A stretch of DNA of 64,000 nucleotides from Candidatus Falkowbacteria bacterium (GCA_026396805.1 JAPLVZ010000009.1:4058-68057); one strand, 5' to 3'. Positions 20,219-31,028 are shown, counted from the first letter of the stretch. Notes: a model not told the origin generated them from the sequence alone. Numbers and translations are program-made.

Positions 20219-20797
20219 ATGAAAATTGTTCAACAAATAGACTTCTCTTCTGTTCTCTTTGATACCTTATTCGGATTAATTTTATTTTTTTGTCTTGATT
20301 CATTTCTGGAGATTAAGGGGATTCTCCCCTTTATTTTTTATCTTTTCAGCATCGTCATCCTCGTCCATTGGTGGTTAAACTTCAAATCAGCTGATGACGC
20401 TTTCGGTGAGGAGGTAACAAATTCGGCTATTGATTTAGTCTTTGGAATTATCTACGTTATTTTAATCGAATATATCATTCTCAACGCTAAATTATTCGCC
20501 GTCACGACCGCTACCTGGTTTCTAATTAGCCTTTTGGCGATTGATTTGATTTGGGCTTTAATTTGGCGTTATATCGGCCGATGGAACACAACTGATAAAG
20601 AAAAAATCAAACGCATGGAAAAGGAGTTGGATCATTGTATTCTGGTTAACTCGGCCGCGACCGCAGTTTTTATTTTTTTAGTAATCATGGCTCAATTTTT
20701 ACCCCTGCCTTTCTACATTGCCGGATTTATTGTATTATACATTATTTTCATTATAGCCACTTTTAAAACTAAGATCATTGATTTAAGAATTTTTTAA
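20219..20797 (+). CDS. Multi-pass membrane hypothetical protein
   Basis: About 6 hydrophobic segments; putative -10 TATAAT at ~20173. Confidence 0.7.
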   Translation: MKIVQQIDFSSVLFDTLFGLILFFCLDSFLEIKGILPFIFYLFSIVILVHWWLNFKSADDAFGEEVTNSAIDLVFGIIYVILIEYIILNAKLFAVTTATWFLISLLAIDLIWALIWRYIGRWNTTDKEKIKRMEKELDHCILVNSAATAVFIFLVIMAQFLPLPFYIAGFIVLYIIFIIATFKTKIIDLRIF

Positions 20798-20911
20798 TTT
20801 TACTGTTTTAAATCTGTTTCACCTTCTCTGGATTCTAAACTAAAAACATACGCGAGTGCGTATGTTTTTTATTTATAGACTGAACCCGCGAGCACTATTT
20901 AACTTCAACCG

Positions 20912-21664
20912 CTATTTCACTATATCCCCTTCAATAATTTTGTTTTCTTCGGCCGTACCGCTTTTCTTTCGAAAAGTGACCAGTTGCTGCAAAACCGTGA
21001 GAAGAGTTAAAACAAACCAATATAAAGTCAGGCCGCCGGGTAAAGAGATGCCGATGAAAATAGTGATGGCCGGCATGAAATATAACATCTGCTTATTCAT
21101 AATCGCCGCCATACTTTCATCTTTTGATCCGGGGGTCTTAACGACTGGTTGCTTGGTGATCATCATCTTGGCTTGCCAAAATTGAGCCAGCCCGGCTAAG
21201 ACTGCCAAGGGAATACTAGGTTTGCCTAAATCCAAAAAACCGAAAGAGACCAAATTAATCGTTTCCGGCCTGGAGATAAAGCTATAGACATAATCCAATT
21301 TATTGTTGACGCCATCACGGAAAACTCGATACACCGCGATTAAAAAGGGAAGTTGAATCAAGAGGGGCAGACAAGAAGAAAAGGGGTTCACCTTATTATT
21401 CTTATATAAATCCATGGTTGCCCGGCTTAACGCGGTCTTGTCGTTCCCATATTCTTTTTTCAATTCGTTTATTTTGGGTTGTAAATCCTGAAGAGATTTT
21501 TGGGACTTGATGGCGGAGCGACCCAGCGGCCAAAGTATCAATTTAAGAACGGCCGTAAGAAAAATAATGGCCAAACCTAAATCATGGAAGGAAATAGTAT
21601 TATAAAGATAAACCAGGAGATTTAAGATCGGTTGATAAAAAACGATTGTAAAAAAGTGAACCAT
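20912..21664 (-). CDS. yidC: Membrane protein insertase YidC (short form)
   Basis: LQPKINELK, NPFSSCLPLLIQLP, GLTLYW; origin-region synteny. Confidence 0.95.
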   Translation of the reverse strand: MVHFFTIVFYQPILNLLVYLYNTISFHDLGLAIIFLTAVLKLILWPLGRSAIKSQKSLQDLQPKINELKKEYGNDKTALSRATMDLYKNNKVNPFSSCLPLLIQLPFLIAVYRVFRDGVNNKLDYVYSFISRPETINLVSFGFLDLGKPSIPLAVLAGLAQFWQAKMMITKQPVVKTPGSKDESMAAIMNKQMLYFMPAITIFIGISLPGGLTLYWFVLTLLTVLQQLVTFRKKSGTAEENKIIEGDIVK

Positions 21665-21714
21665 AGTAATATTTTAATTAATTAGGAATTTTTTATAGCT
21701 TTTAAACCTTTAGA

Positions 21715-21972
21715 TTATCTAACCGGGTCATTACCGCCCTTGTTCCAAGGATTACAGCGCAAGATGCGCCAACTGGTCATCATTCCTCCTTTTATAATAC
21801 CGTATTTTTCAATAGCTTCAACCGCATACTGGGAACAAGAGGGATTAAAACGGCAAAAACCACGGGGATATAATGACTTAAAGGGTCCATGATCAAAAGA
21901 AAAGGTTTTTTGATAAACTTTTATTAATCTGACAACCAGCCGTCGCGGAAAATAAACAATCATTTCGTACAT
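21715..21972 (-). CDS. yidD: Membrane protein insertion efficiency factor YidD
   Basis: [22 protein letters not shown]. Confidence 0.95.
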   Translation of the reverse strand: MYEMIVYFPRRLVVRLIKVYQKTFSFDHGPFKSLYPRGFCRFNPSCSQYAVEAIEKYGIIKGGMMTSWRILRCNPWNKGGNDPVR

Positions 21973-21990
21973 AAATTATCTAATATTAGC

Positions 21991-22332
21991 CTATTTATAC
22001 AATTTAAGTTTTTTTAAAGCTAAAATAAGGGCTTCTTTTATCTCTTCAAACTTTTTATTTAATATTTGAGAAAAAACTATAATAACCAAATCTTTGCCAT
22101 TTTTCAAATTAGGAAGTTCTTTTTGAATGATTTCCCTTATTTGACGTTTAATCTTATTTCTTATAACCGCTTTTTTGCTAACTTTAGTACTGATTAAAAC
22201 GCCCAGACGATTAACTTCCAGCCCGTTACCGGCCGCTTTAATGCCAAAAAGTTTCGTATAAAAAGATTGACCGGTCTTAAAAGCTCGGTCAAACTCTTTA
22301 TCTTTAGTTATTCTATTGCTTTTTTTTAACAT
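21991..22332 (-). CDS. rnpA: Ribonuclease P protein component
   Basis: RLGVLISTKVSKKAVIRNKIKR (RNR motif); synteny. Confidence 0.93.
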   Translation of the reverse strand: MLKKSNRITKDKEFDRAFKTGQSFYTKLFGIKAAGNGLEVNRLGVLISTKVSKKAVIRNKIKRQIREIIQKELPNLKNGKDLVIIVFSQILNKKFEEIKEALILALKKLKLYK

Positions 22333-22348
22333 CTGGCATATATAACGC

Positions 22349-22486
22349 TTACTTTGATAATTTCTTGCGGCCTTTATCTCGGCGGCGTTTTAAAACATCG
22401 CGTCCATCCTTAGTGCTCATTCTTTTTATAAACCCATGTTTTGTTTTGGCTCGTTTCTTATTGGGCTGGTAGGTCCTTTTCGGCAT
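22349..22486 (-). CDS. rpmH: 50S ribosomal protein L34 (not in the ORF track)
   Basis: Manual translation [45 protein letters not shown]; divergent from dnaA. Confidence 0.96.
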   Translation of the reverse strand: MPKRTYQPNKKRAKTKHGFIKRMSTKDGRDVLKRRRDKGRKKLSK

Positions 22487-22697
22487 AAGATCAAATTTAA
22501 TTTATTATTCTTCTATAAGATAACACTTTTATTTATCGGAGTCAATAAAGGTTTAAAAATATTTTCTAAAAAGTTGTCCCCTTATTATTAACATATCGTG
22601 AACAACCGGCAAGCTTGTGATAAACTGGTTTATCTAATATAATTAAATTTGATATAAATCTCTAATCAATATCCCTAAACCAAGATAATTAACTACT

Positions 22698-24107
22698 ATG
22701 ACTAGCGAACAAATCTGGCAAGCCGTCTTAGGAGAAATAGAATTAAGCTTATCAAGAGCTAATTTTGTTACTTGGTTTAAAGATACTTTCATCTCTTCTT
22801 TTGAAAATAACCGAATCATCATCTGCGTCCCTAATGCTTTCGTTAAAAAATGGCTGGAAGAGAAATACCATAAGAATATTCTAAGCGCCTTAGAGAGCGT
22901 CACTAAGCAAAAAATCCAAGAAATTATTTATAAGATAGAATTGAGAAGGGGGCCGATTCCGATATTAATGGTTGACGGGTCGGAAAACAAGACAGAAGAG
23001 AACGCCTCGTCCAACCAGTTTAAGAAAAGGGAAACAGCGATAAATAGCAATTCCTCCTCTAACAATGGGGCCAGTAACCAGCAAGGATTGAATTCGCGCT
23101 ATCAGTTTGAAAATTTCGTAGTCGGCCGGGGTAACGAGCTGGCTCACGCCGCTTGTTTGGCGGTCGTTGAAAATTTGGGTAAGTCTTATAATCCTTTATT
23201 TATTTATGGGGGGGTCGGGCTAGGCAAAACCCATCTATTACAAGCTATCGGCAACGCCGTTTCCAAAAAGACAAATAAAATCTTATACGCCACCAGCGAA
23301 AAATTCACCAATAATTATATCCAGGCCGTAAAAAGCGGTAAAGCCAAAGAGTTTAAAAATTTATACCGCAATGTTGATTTACTGTTAGTCGATGACGTCC
23401 AATTCATGGGCGGGAAAGACGGGACCCAAGAAGAATTCTTCCACACCTTTAATGAGCTGCAACAGAATGACAAGCAAATAGTGCTTACTTCCGACCGACC
23501 GCCAAAATCAATCCCCGCCATCGAAGGCCGCCTGATTTCCCGTTTTGAGTCGGGGATGGTGGCTGATATCGGCAAGCCGGATATTGAAACCAAGATTGCT
23601 ATTTTAGAAAAAAAATCTATTGAAAAAGGCTGTCCGCTCGATCGGGAGATATTGGCTTATATCGCCGAACACGTTCAAAATAATATCCGCGAACTGGAGG
23701 GCGCTCTGATAAAAGTTATCGCTTCCCATCAGTTTAAAGGATTGACGCCGAATTTAAAAAGTGTCAAGGAAATTCTTAGCGACTATGTTTCCAATATCAA
23801 AATTAAGTCGCTGACCCCCAAAGAGATTGTCGAGGCGACGGCCAGGTTTTACAACACGACCTATAAAGATCTGATCGGGAAAAGCCGTAAAAAAGAATTG
23901 GTTTGGCCCAGACAAATCGCCATCTTCCTTATCAGAGAAGATATCGGCACCTCGTACCCGACCATCGGAGCCGAATTGGGGGGGCGCGACCACACCACGG
24001 CCATGCATTCTTATAATAAAATCCAGCGCGAAACCGTAGAAAAAGGGAATGAAAAAATAAAACAAGAATTAAACTCCATCAGGCAATTGTTTAATTCTTC
24101 CTATTAA
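22698..24107 (+). CDS. dnaA: Chromosomal replication initiator DnaA
   Basis: YNPLFIYGGVGLGKTHLL, QEEFFHTFN, GGRDHTTAMH. Confidence 0.99.
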   Translation: MTSEQIWQAVLGEIELSLSRANFVTWFKDTFISSFENNRIIICVPNAFVKKWLEEKYHKNILSALESVTKQKIQEIIYKIELRRGPIPILMVDGSENKTEENASSNQFKKRETAINSNSSSNNGASNQQGLNSRYQFENFVVGRGNELAHAACLAVVENLGKSYNPLFIYGGVGLGKTHLLQAIGNAVSKKTNKILYATSEKFTNNYIQAVKSGKAKEFKNLYRNVDLLLVDDVQFMGGKDGTQEEFFHTFNELQQNDKQIVLTSDRPPKSIPAIEGRLISRFESGMVADIGKPDIETKIAILEKKSIEKGCPLDREILAYIAEHVQNNIRELEGALIKVIASHQFKGLTPNLKSVKEILSDYVSNIKIKSLTPKEIVEATARFYNTTYKDLIGKSRKKELVWPRQIAIFLIREDIGTSYPTIGAELGGRDHTTAMHSYNKIQRETVEKGNEKIKQELNSIRQLFNSSY

Positions 24108-24388
24108 CCAAAGCCCCTGCCTGTGGAATAATCTGTTAACAACTTGTTAAGTTCTTGATGAAAAAAATCATACCCGGGGGATAAAAATGAATTTAAAAAA
24201 GTTGCCCCCAAAGAGCAACCAAGAATAAACAATTAAAACCCTTCTTTGCCACCTAAGGGGAGTAGTAGAAAAACCAATAAAAACCTAATCAAAAATAAAT
24301 AAATTAAATAAATCTAAAGTTATCCCCGCCCTTATTACTGTTATTAGTTTAATATATATAAATTAATAATATAGTAACCATTAAATAT
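24108..24388. other. Probable oriC (dnaA-dnaN intergenic region)
   Basis: DnaA-box-like 9-mers at 24122, 24176, 24202 and 24320; trio-like TAT-TAC-TGT-TAT-TAG and an AT-rich stretch before dnaN. Confidence 0.75.
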
Positions 24389-25513
24389 ATGCGCTTAGTC
24401 AGCTTGCAGGAAAATTTAAAGAAAGGATTAAACTTAGTGGGACATATAACCACTAAGAATATTAATTTGCCGATTCTTAATAATATCTTGATAAAAGCCG
24501 AAAAGGGGAATATTGAGCTGATAAGCACTAATCTGGAAATAGGCGTTATTCACCAATTGCGCGGTAAAATAGAGGCCGACGGGCAATTCACGGTTGATTC
24601 TAAACTTATTACTGAATATGTTAACTTACTGAACGGAACCGGGAAGGTCAAATTAGAAGAGAAGGACGGCGAATTGAGACTGGAATGCGGCAACTACAAG
24701 ACTAAGATTAAAGGCGACCTCGCCAAAGAATTTCCTTTAATTCCGGTTATTCCTAAAGATACTTACTTCAGTTGTCAGATTGCCGATCTTAGAAAAGCCC
24801 TGAATAGCGTTATCTTTGCGGTCTCTACCAGTGAGAATAGGGTAGAGCTGACCGGCGTTCTCTTTTCGTTCTTAAAGGATAAGTTGAGTTTAGCCGCCAC
24901 TGACAGCTATCGTCTGGCAGAAAGCGAGATTAACGTGGTTAACAAGGGAGCTAAAGATAATGTTAAAGTTATCGTTCCGGCCAAAACCGCGGGCGAGTTT
25001 CTTAGAATATTAAACAGTCTTGATTTAAGCTCGTTAGAGTCGGAAGTCGATGTTAAAATTTATATAACCGAAAACCAGATATTATTTACAGTCGATTCCG
25101 TTGACTTAATTTCTCGTTTGATTAACGGACATTACCCGGATTACAAGCAGATTATCCCGACGCAGAGTCAGACGGAAATATTAGTGGAGAGAGGAGAACT
25201 GACGAGAGCGGTTAAAGCGTCGGCGCTTTTTTCAAAAACTGGAATTAACGACGTTACTCTTAAATTTTCTAAAAACAAAATTATTGTTTCGGCCTTTTCC
25301 GGGGCCAGCGGTGAAAGCCAGGCCGAGATTGACGCGACTGTGACCGGCGGAGACAATGAGATAACTATAAATTATCGCTATTTAATCGACGGTTTAAATA
25401 ATATCAGCGGCGACTTGGTCAGGATAGGAATTTTAAACAGTAATACCCCGTGTGTCTTAAAAGCGGAAAAAGATGATAGTTATTTGTATATCGTCATGCC
25501 GATAAGACAGTAA
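24389..25513 (+). CDS. dnaN: DNA polymerase III beta clamp
   Basis: LPILNNILI, ATDSYRLA, SRLING.YPDY, YIVMPIR. Confidence 0.98.
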   Translation: MRLVSLQENLKKGLNLVGHITTKNINLPILNNILIKAEKGNIELISTNLEIGVIHQLRGKIEADGQFTVDSKLITEYVNLLNGTGKVKLEEKDGELRLECGNYKTKIKGDLAKEFPLIPVIPKDTYFSCQIADLRKALNSVIFAVSTSENRVELTGVLFSFLKDKLSLAATDSYRLAESEINVVNKGAKDNVKVIVPAKTAGEFLRILNSLDLSSLESEVDVKIYITENQILFTVDSVDLISRLINGHYPDYKQIIPTQSQTEILVERGELTRAVKASALFSKTGINDVTLKFSKNKIIVSAFSGASGESQAEIDATVTGGDNEITINYRYLIDGLNNISGDLVRIGILNSNTPCVLKAEKDDSYLYIVMPIRQ

Positions 25514-25543
25514 TTGATTAGTATTAATTAGTCTTCGTTTTTT

Positions 25544-25572
25544 AAAAACAGCCCTCTATCCGGGCTGTTTTT
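25544..25572. terminator. Bidirectional terminator
   Basis: AAAAACAGCCC...GGGCTGTTTTT between convergent genes. Confidence 0.75.
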
Positions 25573-25574
25573 GT

Positions 25575-28391
25575 TTATTTCATATTTAATCCTATTTCAT
25601 TGCTTTTGATTATAGCTCCGTTCCAGTCGTTGAGCCGGGCGTAAAGGAGATAAGCCCCGGCCGGGGGCGGGGTGGCCCAGAAAATTTCCAGCGGAGAAGA
25701 GGGATTATCTATATCTTTCAAATTAGTTAAATTGCCGCTTAAAACATTTTTTATAAAAACATTTATTGAGGCGGTTCTGGATGGATTGCCGATATCCAGT
25801 TTTATGGATAAAGGAAAAGAATCGACCTTAAGATTGGCGCCGGAAGAAGGGTTGATTATTTCCAGCGAACCCTTGTTCGAACCGACGGGGTTATTTTTGA
25901 TATTCAGATTAAAATTAGTCGAGGCTTCGCCGCAATTTTCAACGCTATCGCAAACCACCGCCTTAAGAGTGTGATAACCATTATTTAAGAAAGTTATCGG
26001 TTGGCTGGTCAGGGCTGTTTTAGCCACGGTTTGCCAGAGGTTATTATTAAGATAGTATTCTATGCGGCTGATGTCCTTGGCGCCGAGAACCTCTATTTGG
26101 ACAGCTAAGTTATCAGAAGAGATGGTTTGGTTGGCGAGCGGAGATATTATTTTTATCAGCGGCTTATCGGCGGAAGCTGGCGTTCCGGAATTGATTGGTG
26201 TTGAAGAAGCGTTTTTTTTCGCCCAGAGCTTAACCGCGTTTTCCCAAATATTAAATTGGGGGTCTAAAGCGGGATCAATCGGCGCCGGGCCTAAAGGATC
26301 GTTTTTATCGACATAATATAAAATATCATGATAACCAGGGCCGGTTTTGGTTCCAATCAGTTCAAGCGGAGTTGAACTGCCGGCCGGTAATCCGGTGGTA
26401 ATATCAACTTGAGTAGTTTCAGCGGGGATAATCCCGTCTAAAATAGGTTTGCCGGTTTTATAATTATCAGGAGCTTTAAAAGTTTCTGTCGGGGTGTCTC
26501 CTAAAACCTTGGCCATAAAGTCATGCCAGATCGGCGCGGCTAAAACGCTGCCGTCAGCCTTGCCCTTCATGGCTTTGTTGTCGCTGTTGCCGACCCAGAC
26601 CCCGGTAACGATTGAGGGGGTATAGCCGATGGTCCAGGCGTCATGAAAATCATTCGTGGTTCCGGTCTTCACGGCCACCGGGCGATTACCGAGAGTCAAA
26701 GAATTTTTGGCGCCGAAGATATAAGTTCGGGCTTCGTTATCGGACAAGATACTGTTTATCATTCTCGCCACTTTTGAATTAAGAACCTTTTTTTCTGACG
26801 GTCGGTATTCTTCTAAAACGCGACCATTTTTATCCTCAACTTTCAGAATGCTGACAAGGGGACTGATTTGACCGTCACGGGCGAAAGCGCTGTAAGCGTT
26901 CACATGCTCTAAAAGTTTGACTTCCGCTCCGCCCAAGACCAAAGAGAGGCCAAAGCGGCTGCGGGGGTAAAGAGTCGTATAGCCTAAATTCTCCGCCAGA
27001 TCGATAACATTATTAATATCGGCCAGATAAATCGCTTTTACGGCCGGGATATTTAATGATCCGGCTAAAGCCTGGCGGATGGTAACCGGGCCGCGTTCCT
27101 TAAGGTCGTAATCATGCGGAGTGTAAGGGTCGGCCGGATTGGTTGAAAAATTAGTGACGACATCGTAAAGAATAGTGTCGGGGGTATAGCCTTTTTCAAA
27201 CAAGGCCGCATAGACGACGGGTTTCAGTGAAGATCCGGGCTGGCGCGGCCGAGTCGCCACGTTAACTTGGCCGTCGATAGAGTCGTCAAAATAATCGCGG
27301 CTGCCGACCATGGCCAATATCTGTCCGGTCTTCGGATCGATAGCGACAAGAGCGGCGTTGTTGGCCCCGTATTTTTCCGGATAATCTTTAGTCTTATTGG
27401 CGATTGCTTCTTCAGCCGCCCGCTGTTTATATAAATCAAGAGTGGTATATATTTTTAGCCCTTCTTGTTCTACCATTTTTTCGCCGTATTTATCCGCCAA
27501 AACATCTTTGATGTACATGACAAAATGCGGAGCGGTAATATTCGTTTCCGGTCCTTTGAATTTTATCTCTTGAATTTTAGCGGCGTCGCGTTCAACTTCG
27601 GAAATATAACCTTGTTGCGCCATCAGATCTAAAACATAATCCTTTCTGCCTAAAAGGATATCTTTATTGGGGCCGTAAGGGGAATAACGACTCGGGACCT
27701 GGACTATGGCTGCCAAGACGGCCGCTTCCGCCAAAGAAACATCTTTAACATTCTTGCCGAAATATTTTTGGCTGGCGGCCTCGACGCCATAAGCGGTTGA
27801 TCCATAAGGAATTTCATTGAGATACATCTGAAGGATTTCATCTTTAGAGAATTTTTTTTCCAGACGATAAGCTAAAACCAATTCTTTCACTTTGCGAGGA
27901 ATGGTTTTTTCCGAAGTCAGGACGGCGTTCTTGATGAACTGTTGGGTTAAGGTGGACCCGCCGGCGCTGCGGTTGAAAACAATATTGGTTATTACCGTTC
28001 GAAACATTGACCAGAGACTGAATCCGCCGTGCTTATAAAAATTCTTGTCTTCTATGGCCACGGTGGCCTGTTTAACGTAATCCGGGATATCCTTTAAGGC
28101 TACCAAAGTTCTTCTTTGATTTCCGCTAATTTCATATAAAACATTTTCTCCAGTCCGGTCATAAATCTTAGTGCTTTGGGCCACCTCTCTGGTCATCAGT
28201 TGATTAGGATTAGGCAGGTCGCGAGAAACCCAAAAAACATAAATAATGGCCAATATCAGTAAAAAAAGAGCTAATAGTAAGGCTGATTTTATAAAATGTC
28301 TGGTTTTTTTATTATAAGGAGATTTTTGGCCGGGGTATTGGTGATTTTTTTTCCAGTTTGAGGAGGTTCTCCTTAGTTGCGGAATAGGCAT
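25575..28391 (-). CDS. Class A penicillin-binding protein (PBP1A family) with C-terminal Ig-like domains
   Basis: Glycosyltransferase motifs EDKNF and GGSTLTQQ; transpeptidase motifs SSLK, SLN and KTG. Confidence 0.95.
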   Translation of the reverse strand: MPIPQLRRTSSNWKKNHQYPGQKSPYNKKTRHFIKSALLLALFLLILAIIYVFWVSRDLPNPNQLMTREVAQSTKIYDRTGENVLYEISGNQRRTLVALKDIPDYVKQATVAIEDKNFYKHGGFSLWSMFRTVITNIVFNRSAGGSTLTQQFIKNAVLTSEKTIPRKVKELVLAYRLEKKFSKDEILQMYLNEIPYGSTAYGVEAASQKYFGKNVKDVSLAEAAVLAAIVQVPSRYSPYGPNKDILLGRKDYVLDLMAQQGYISEVERDAAKIQEIKFKGPETNITAPHFVMYIKDVLADKYGEKMVEQEGLKIYTTLDLYKQRAAEEAIANKTKDYPEKYGANNAALVAIDPKTGQILAMVGSRDYFDDSIDGQVNVATRPRQPGSSLKPVVYAALFEKGYTPDTILYDVVTNFSTNPADPYTPHDYDLKERGPVTIRQALAGSLNIPAVKAIYLADINNVIDLAENLGYTTLYPRSRFGLSLVLGGAEVKLLEHVNAYSAFARDGQISPLVSILKVEDKNGRVLEEYRPSEKKVLNSKVARMINSILSDNEARTYIFGAKNSLTLGNRPVAVKTGTTNDFHDAWTIGYTPSIVTGVWVGNSDNKAMKGKADGSVLAAPIWHDFMAKVLGDTPTETFKAPDNYKTGKPILDGIIPAETTQVDITTGLPAGSSTPLELIGTKTGPGYHDILYYVDKNDPLGPAPIDPALDPQFNIWENAVKLWAKKNASSTPINSGTPASADKPLIKIISPLANQTISSDNLAVQIEVLGAKDISRIEYYLNNNLWQTVAKTALTSQPITFLNNGYHTLKAVVCDSVENCGEASTNFNLNIKNNPVGSNKGSLEIINPSSGANLKVDSFPLSIKLDIGNPSRTASINVFIKNVLSGNLTNLKDIDNPSSPLEIFWATPPPAGAYLLYARLNDWNGAIIKSNEIGLNMK

Positions 28392-28539
28392 ATTTGTATA
28401 TTTATGGGATAATTATATCATAGGCCGAAGTAATGAATAAGGGGGTCTTGCTTAATTTGACATAATGTGTTATAATATTATGATAAAATCATGAGAAATA
28501 TTTGAGAAATAATACTGATTCAAACTTATTTTAAAATCT

Positions 28540-30120
28540 ATGAATTTTCGCCATCTTTTTGAAAAGCCCATTAAAAACGTTCCTCAATTAGAGACGGTCT
28601 CTTCTGAAACAGCCAAATTTAAGCCTTCAGCTAAGATGTCTAAAGAGAAAATTGCTTTAGGAGTAGGCGCGGCCGCTTTAGTTTTTGGAAGTGTCCAGGC
28701 CGAAGCAATGAACGGCCCGGAAACGAAAGATGATAAAAAAACTAAAATAGAAACTAGCGCCGATAATTCAGATAAAAGACCGGAGTCCCCGACAACCTAT
28801 CGGATGAGCGGAGCGGATTTTGCTCCGGCTGAAACTAATCGAGTCGGCGGAGCGGATTCCCCGATTCGAGTCGGCGGAGCGGACCCGTCTAAAGCGCGAA
28901 GCTGGATAGAAAAACAAACAAAAGAAAATGGCCAAGAATTAGTGCGTCTTAATTTTGCCATTAATTTTTTTGTTGATAAGGCGGATATCTCCCCTGATGA
29001 CGCGAAAGAAATCGCGGCGCAGTTTTCAGAATTTTTAGATAATATCAAGCCGGAAAATTATCAACAGGTTCTAGAATCGGAGTGGGTCGTTTTTAGTTCT
29101 TGCAGTGAAGAACAAACGCTTAATTGGGGGGAAGAGGGTAATAAAAATTTGGCCGAGGCGCGCGGCGCGGCGACTATGGAAATTTTAAAAAAAGAATTAG
29201 CGACGCATAATTTTTCCGCTTTGGACGCCGGGAAGGTACCGGCTTTAAAAGATAAAAAGATCGACGTTACCATTGCTTCCGAGCACTCGGAAAATTTAGG
29301 AGTTACTTTGGTAACTGATTTAAATAATCCGGACACGGGAGAGAAGTATACTGCTTCTGAAGTGGAAAAAATGAAGAAGGATGATCCGGAAAAATATGAG
29401 CAGCTAAAAGCGAAAAATCGATTCGCCTATTTTAAAGCGGAAGTTGTCAGTGAATCGGAAAAAACTTCGGGAAATATCGTTAAATTAATTTCTCAATATG
29501 ATCGTTCGATTTTTATGGCTGATAAAAGCGGTTCTATGAGGGATGATTTGAAGGATATGTATAATGAGGTGAAAGAGGAAATAAGCTCTTTGCCTGGGAC
29601 CGAGCTTCTTTTATCTAATTACTCCGATAAGTTTGAAGGGATAAAGGAATTTAACGTTAATAAAGTTGAAGAAAATTTCAGTGCCAAGATCGGTCCTTGC
29701 CAAGAAACGACTATTCCGGTCTTGGCAAAATTATTGGAGCATTTATCGGCCGATTCGTCGGCTAAGGAAAATTTAAAAACCATTATTACCGTTCATACCG
29801 ATGAATCTTTGCAGTTTTTTAATTATTACGCTTTAGAGTATATTGATAATCTAGCTAAAAAATCCCGAACCGAGATTGTGTTTGTTTTTTATTCCAAACC
29901 TGACCCCAAGTGGAATAATCCCGACGACCCGGCCTTTAAAGGTGAAAAGGTTATGGTGTCCTTGGATGACGTTATGAAAAATACCGCTAATTTTCTAAAA
30001 TTAGATAGCATTAGCGCTACTGATAAAGAAAAAATAGATAAGGCTAAAGTAAAAATAATAGATTTGAGCGATTTTAAGAATAAAAATGGTCGGACAGTCT
30101 CTTTGCCAACTTATAATTAA
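28540..30120 (+). CDS. Hypothetical exported protein with OmpA-like and vWA-like segments
   Basis: Hydrophobic anchor; NKNLAEARGAA (OmpA_C-like); ADKSGSM and HTDES (MIDAS-like). Confidence 0.55.
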   Translation: MNFRHLFEKPIKNVPQLETVSSETAKFKPSAKMSKEKIALGVGAAALVFGSVQAEAMNGPETKDDKKTKIETSADNSDKRPESPTTYRMSGADFAPAETNRVGGADSPIRVGGADPSKARSWIEKQTKENGQELVRLNFAINFFVDKADISPDDAKEIAAQFSEFLDNIKPENYQQVLESEWVVFSSCSEEQTLNWGEEGNKNLAEARGAATMEILKKELATHNFSALDAGKVPALKDKKIDVTIASEHSENLGVTLVTDLNNPDTGEKYTASEVEKMKKDDPEKYEQLKAKNRFAYFKAEVVSESEKTSGNIVKLISQYDRSIFMADKSGSMRDDLKDMYNEVKEEISSLPGTELLLSNYSDKFEGIKEFNVNKVEENFSAKIGPCQETTIPVLAKLLEHLSADSSAKENLKTIITVHTDESLQFFNYYALEYIDNLAKKSRTEIVFVFYSKPDPKWNNPDDPAFKGEKVMVSLDDVMKNTANFLKLDSISATDKEKIDKAKVKIIDLSDFKNKNGRTVSLPTYN

Positions 30121-30245
30121 ATGATCTTCCCGCTTCTTTAGGGAAGGAACATAATTTGAAATAATTTAATTCAGATTTTAAAGCCGCGCTTTGAAAAGCG
30201 GGGCTTTTGTTGTTATAATGGAAACGGTGCGATAATAATAAAATT

Positions 30246-31028
30246 ATGATTACCAGTTTGGCCAATAAGACGATTAAAGACGCGGCCGCTTTAAAGAAAC
30301 CGAGAGAACGGAAGAAAAATGGGCTGATTCTAATCGACGGTTCCAGGGAAATTGAAATGGCGCTATGCGCCCGAGTGGAAATAATTTCTTTGTTTTATTG
30401 TTTGGAGCTCATCGCTGATAAGTCGGATATTTTTAATCTTGTCGATTCGGAAAAAAGAATAGAAGTTTCCGCGGCCGTCTTTAAAAAAATTTGTTACAAG
30501 GAAAACCCGGACGGGTTTTTGGCGATCGCCAGACCAGAAAATAAAAAATTGTCCGATTTGAAATTAAGCGCCGAGGCCCTGGTGGTTGTTTTAGAAAATA
30601 TTGAGAAGCCGGGGAATTTAGGAGGGATAATCAGGACGGCTTACGCGGCCGGGGTGGAGGCGATAATTATCAATAGCGCCCAGACCGATATTTATAATCC
30701 GAATGTAATCCGGGCAAGCGAGGGGCATATTTTTAAGGAGGATATTGCCAGCGCTTCGATTGGTGAAACCATTAAATGGTTAAAGAAAAATAAAATAAAG
30801 AGTTTCGGGGCGGCTACGATTGGGGCGAAGATTTATACGGAAGTTAATTTACGGGGACGGGTGGCGATGGTTTTAGGATCAGAAGCGGAAGGATTGAGTA
30901 AAAAATGGCTGGAAGAAGCGGATAAATTAATTAAGATACCGATGAAAGAAGGGATTGATTCTTTAAATGTTTCAGTGGCGGCAGGTATTATTATTTATGA
31001 GGCGTTGCGGCAGAGAACGGTAAAATAG
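30246..31028 (+). CDS. TrmH/SpoU-family RNA methyltransferase
   Basis: LENIEKPGNLGGIIRT, GSEAEGL, IPM...DSLNVSVA. Confidence 0.93.
   Translation: MITSLANKTIKDAAALKKPRERKKNGLILIDGSREIEMALCARVEIISLFYCLELIADKSDIFNLVDSEKRIEVSAAVFKKICYKENPDGFLAIARPENKKLSDLKLSAEALVVVLENIEKPGNLGGIIRTAYAAGVEAIIINSAQTDIYNPNVIRASEGHIFKEDIASASIGETIKWLKKNKIKSFGAATIGAKIYTEVNLRGRVAMVLGSEAEGLSKKWLEEADKLIKIPMKEGIDSLNVSVAAGIIIYEALRQRTVK

Noticed and set aside
20219..20797. TMEM175-like K+ channel
   Set aside because: Only a vague FD..F resemblance; the RxxxFSD signature is absent.
28455..28490. dif-like string ATTTGACATAATGTGTTATAATATTATGATAAAAT
   Set aside because: One XerD-like arm but wrong spacing for a partner arm. 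It lies 4 kb from oriC and is explained by a TTGACA/-10 promoter.
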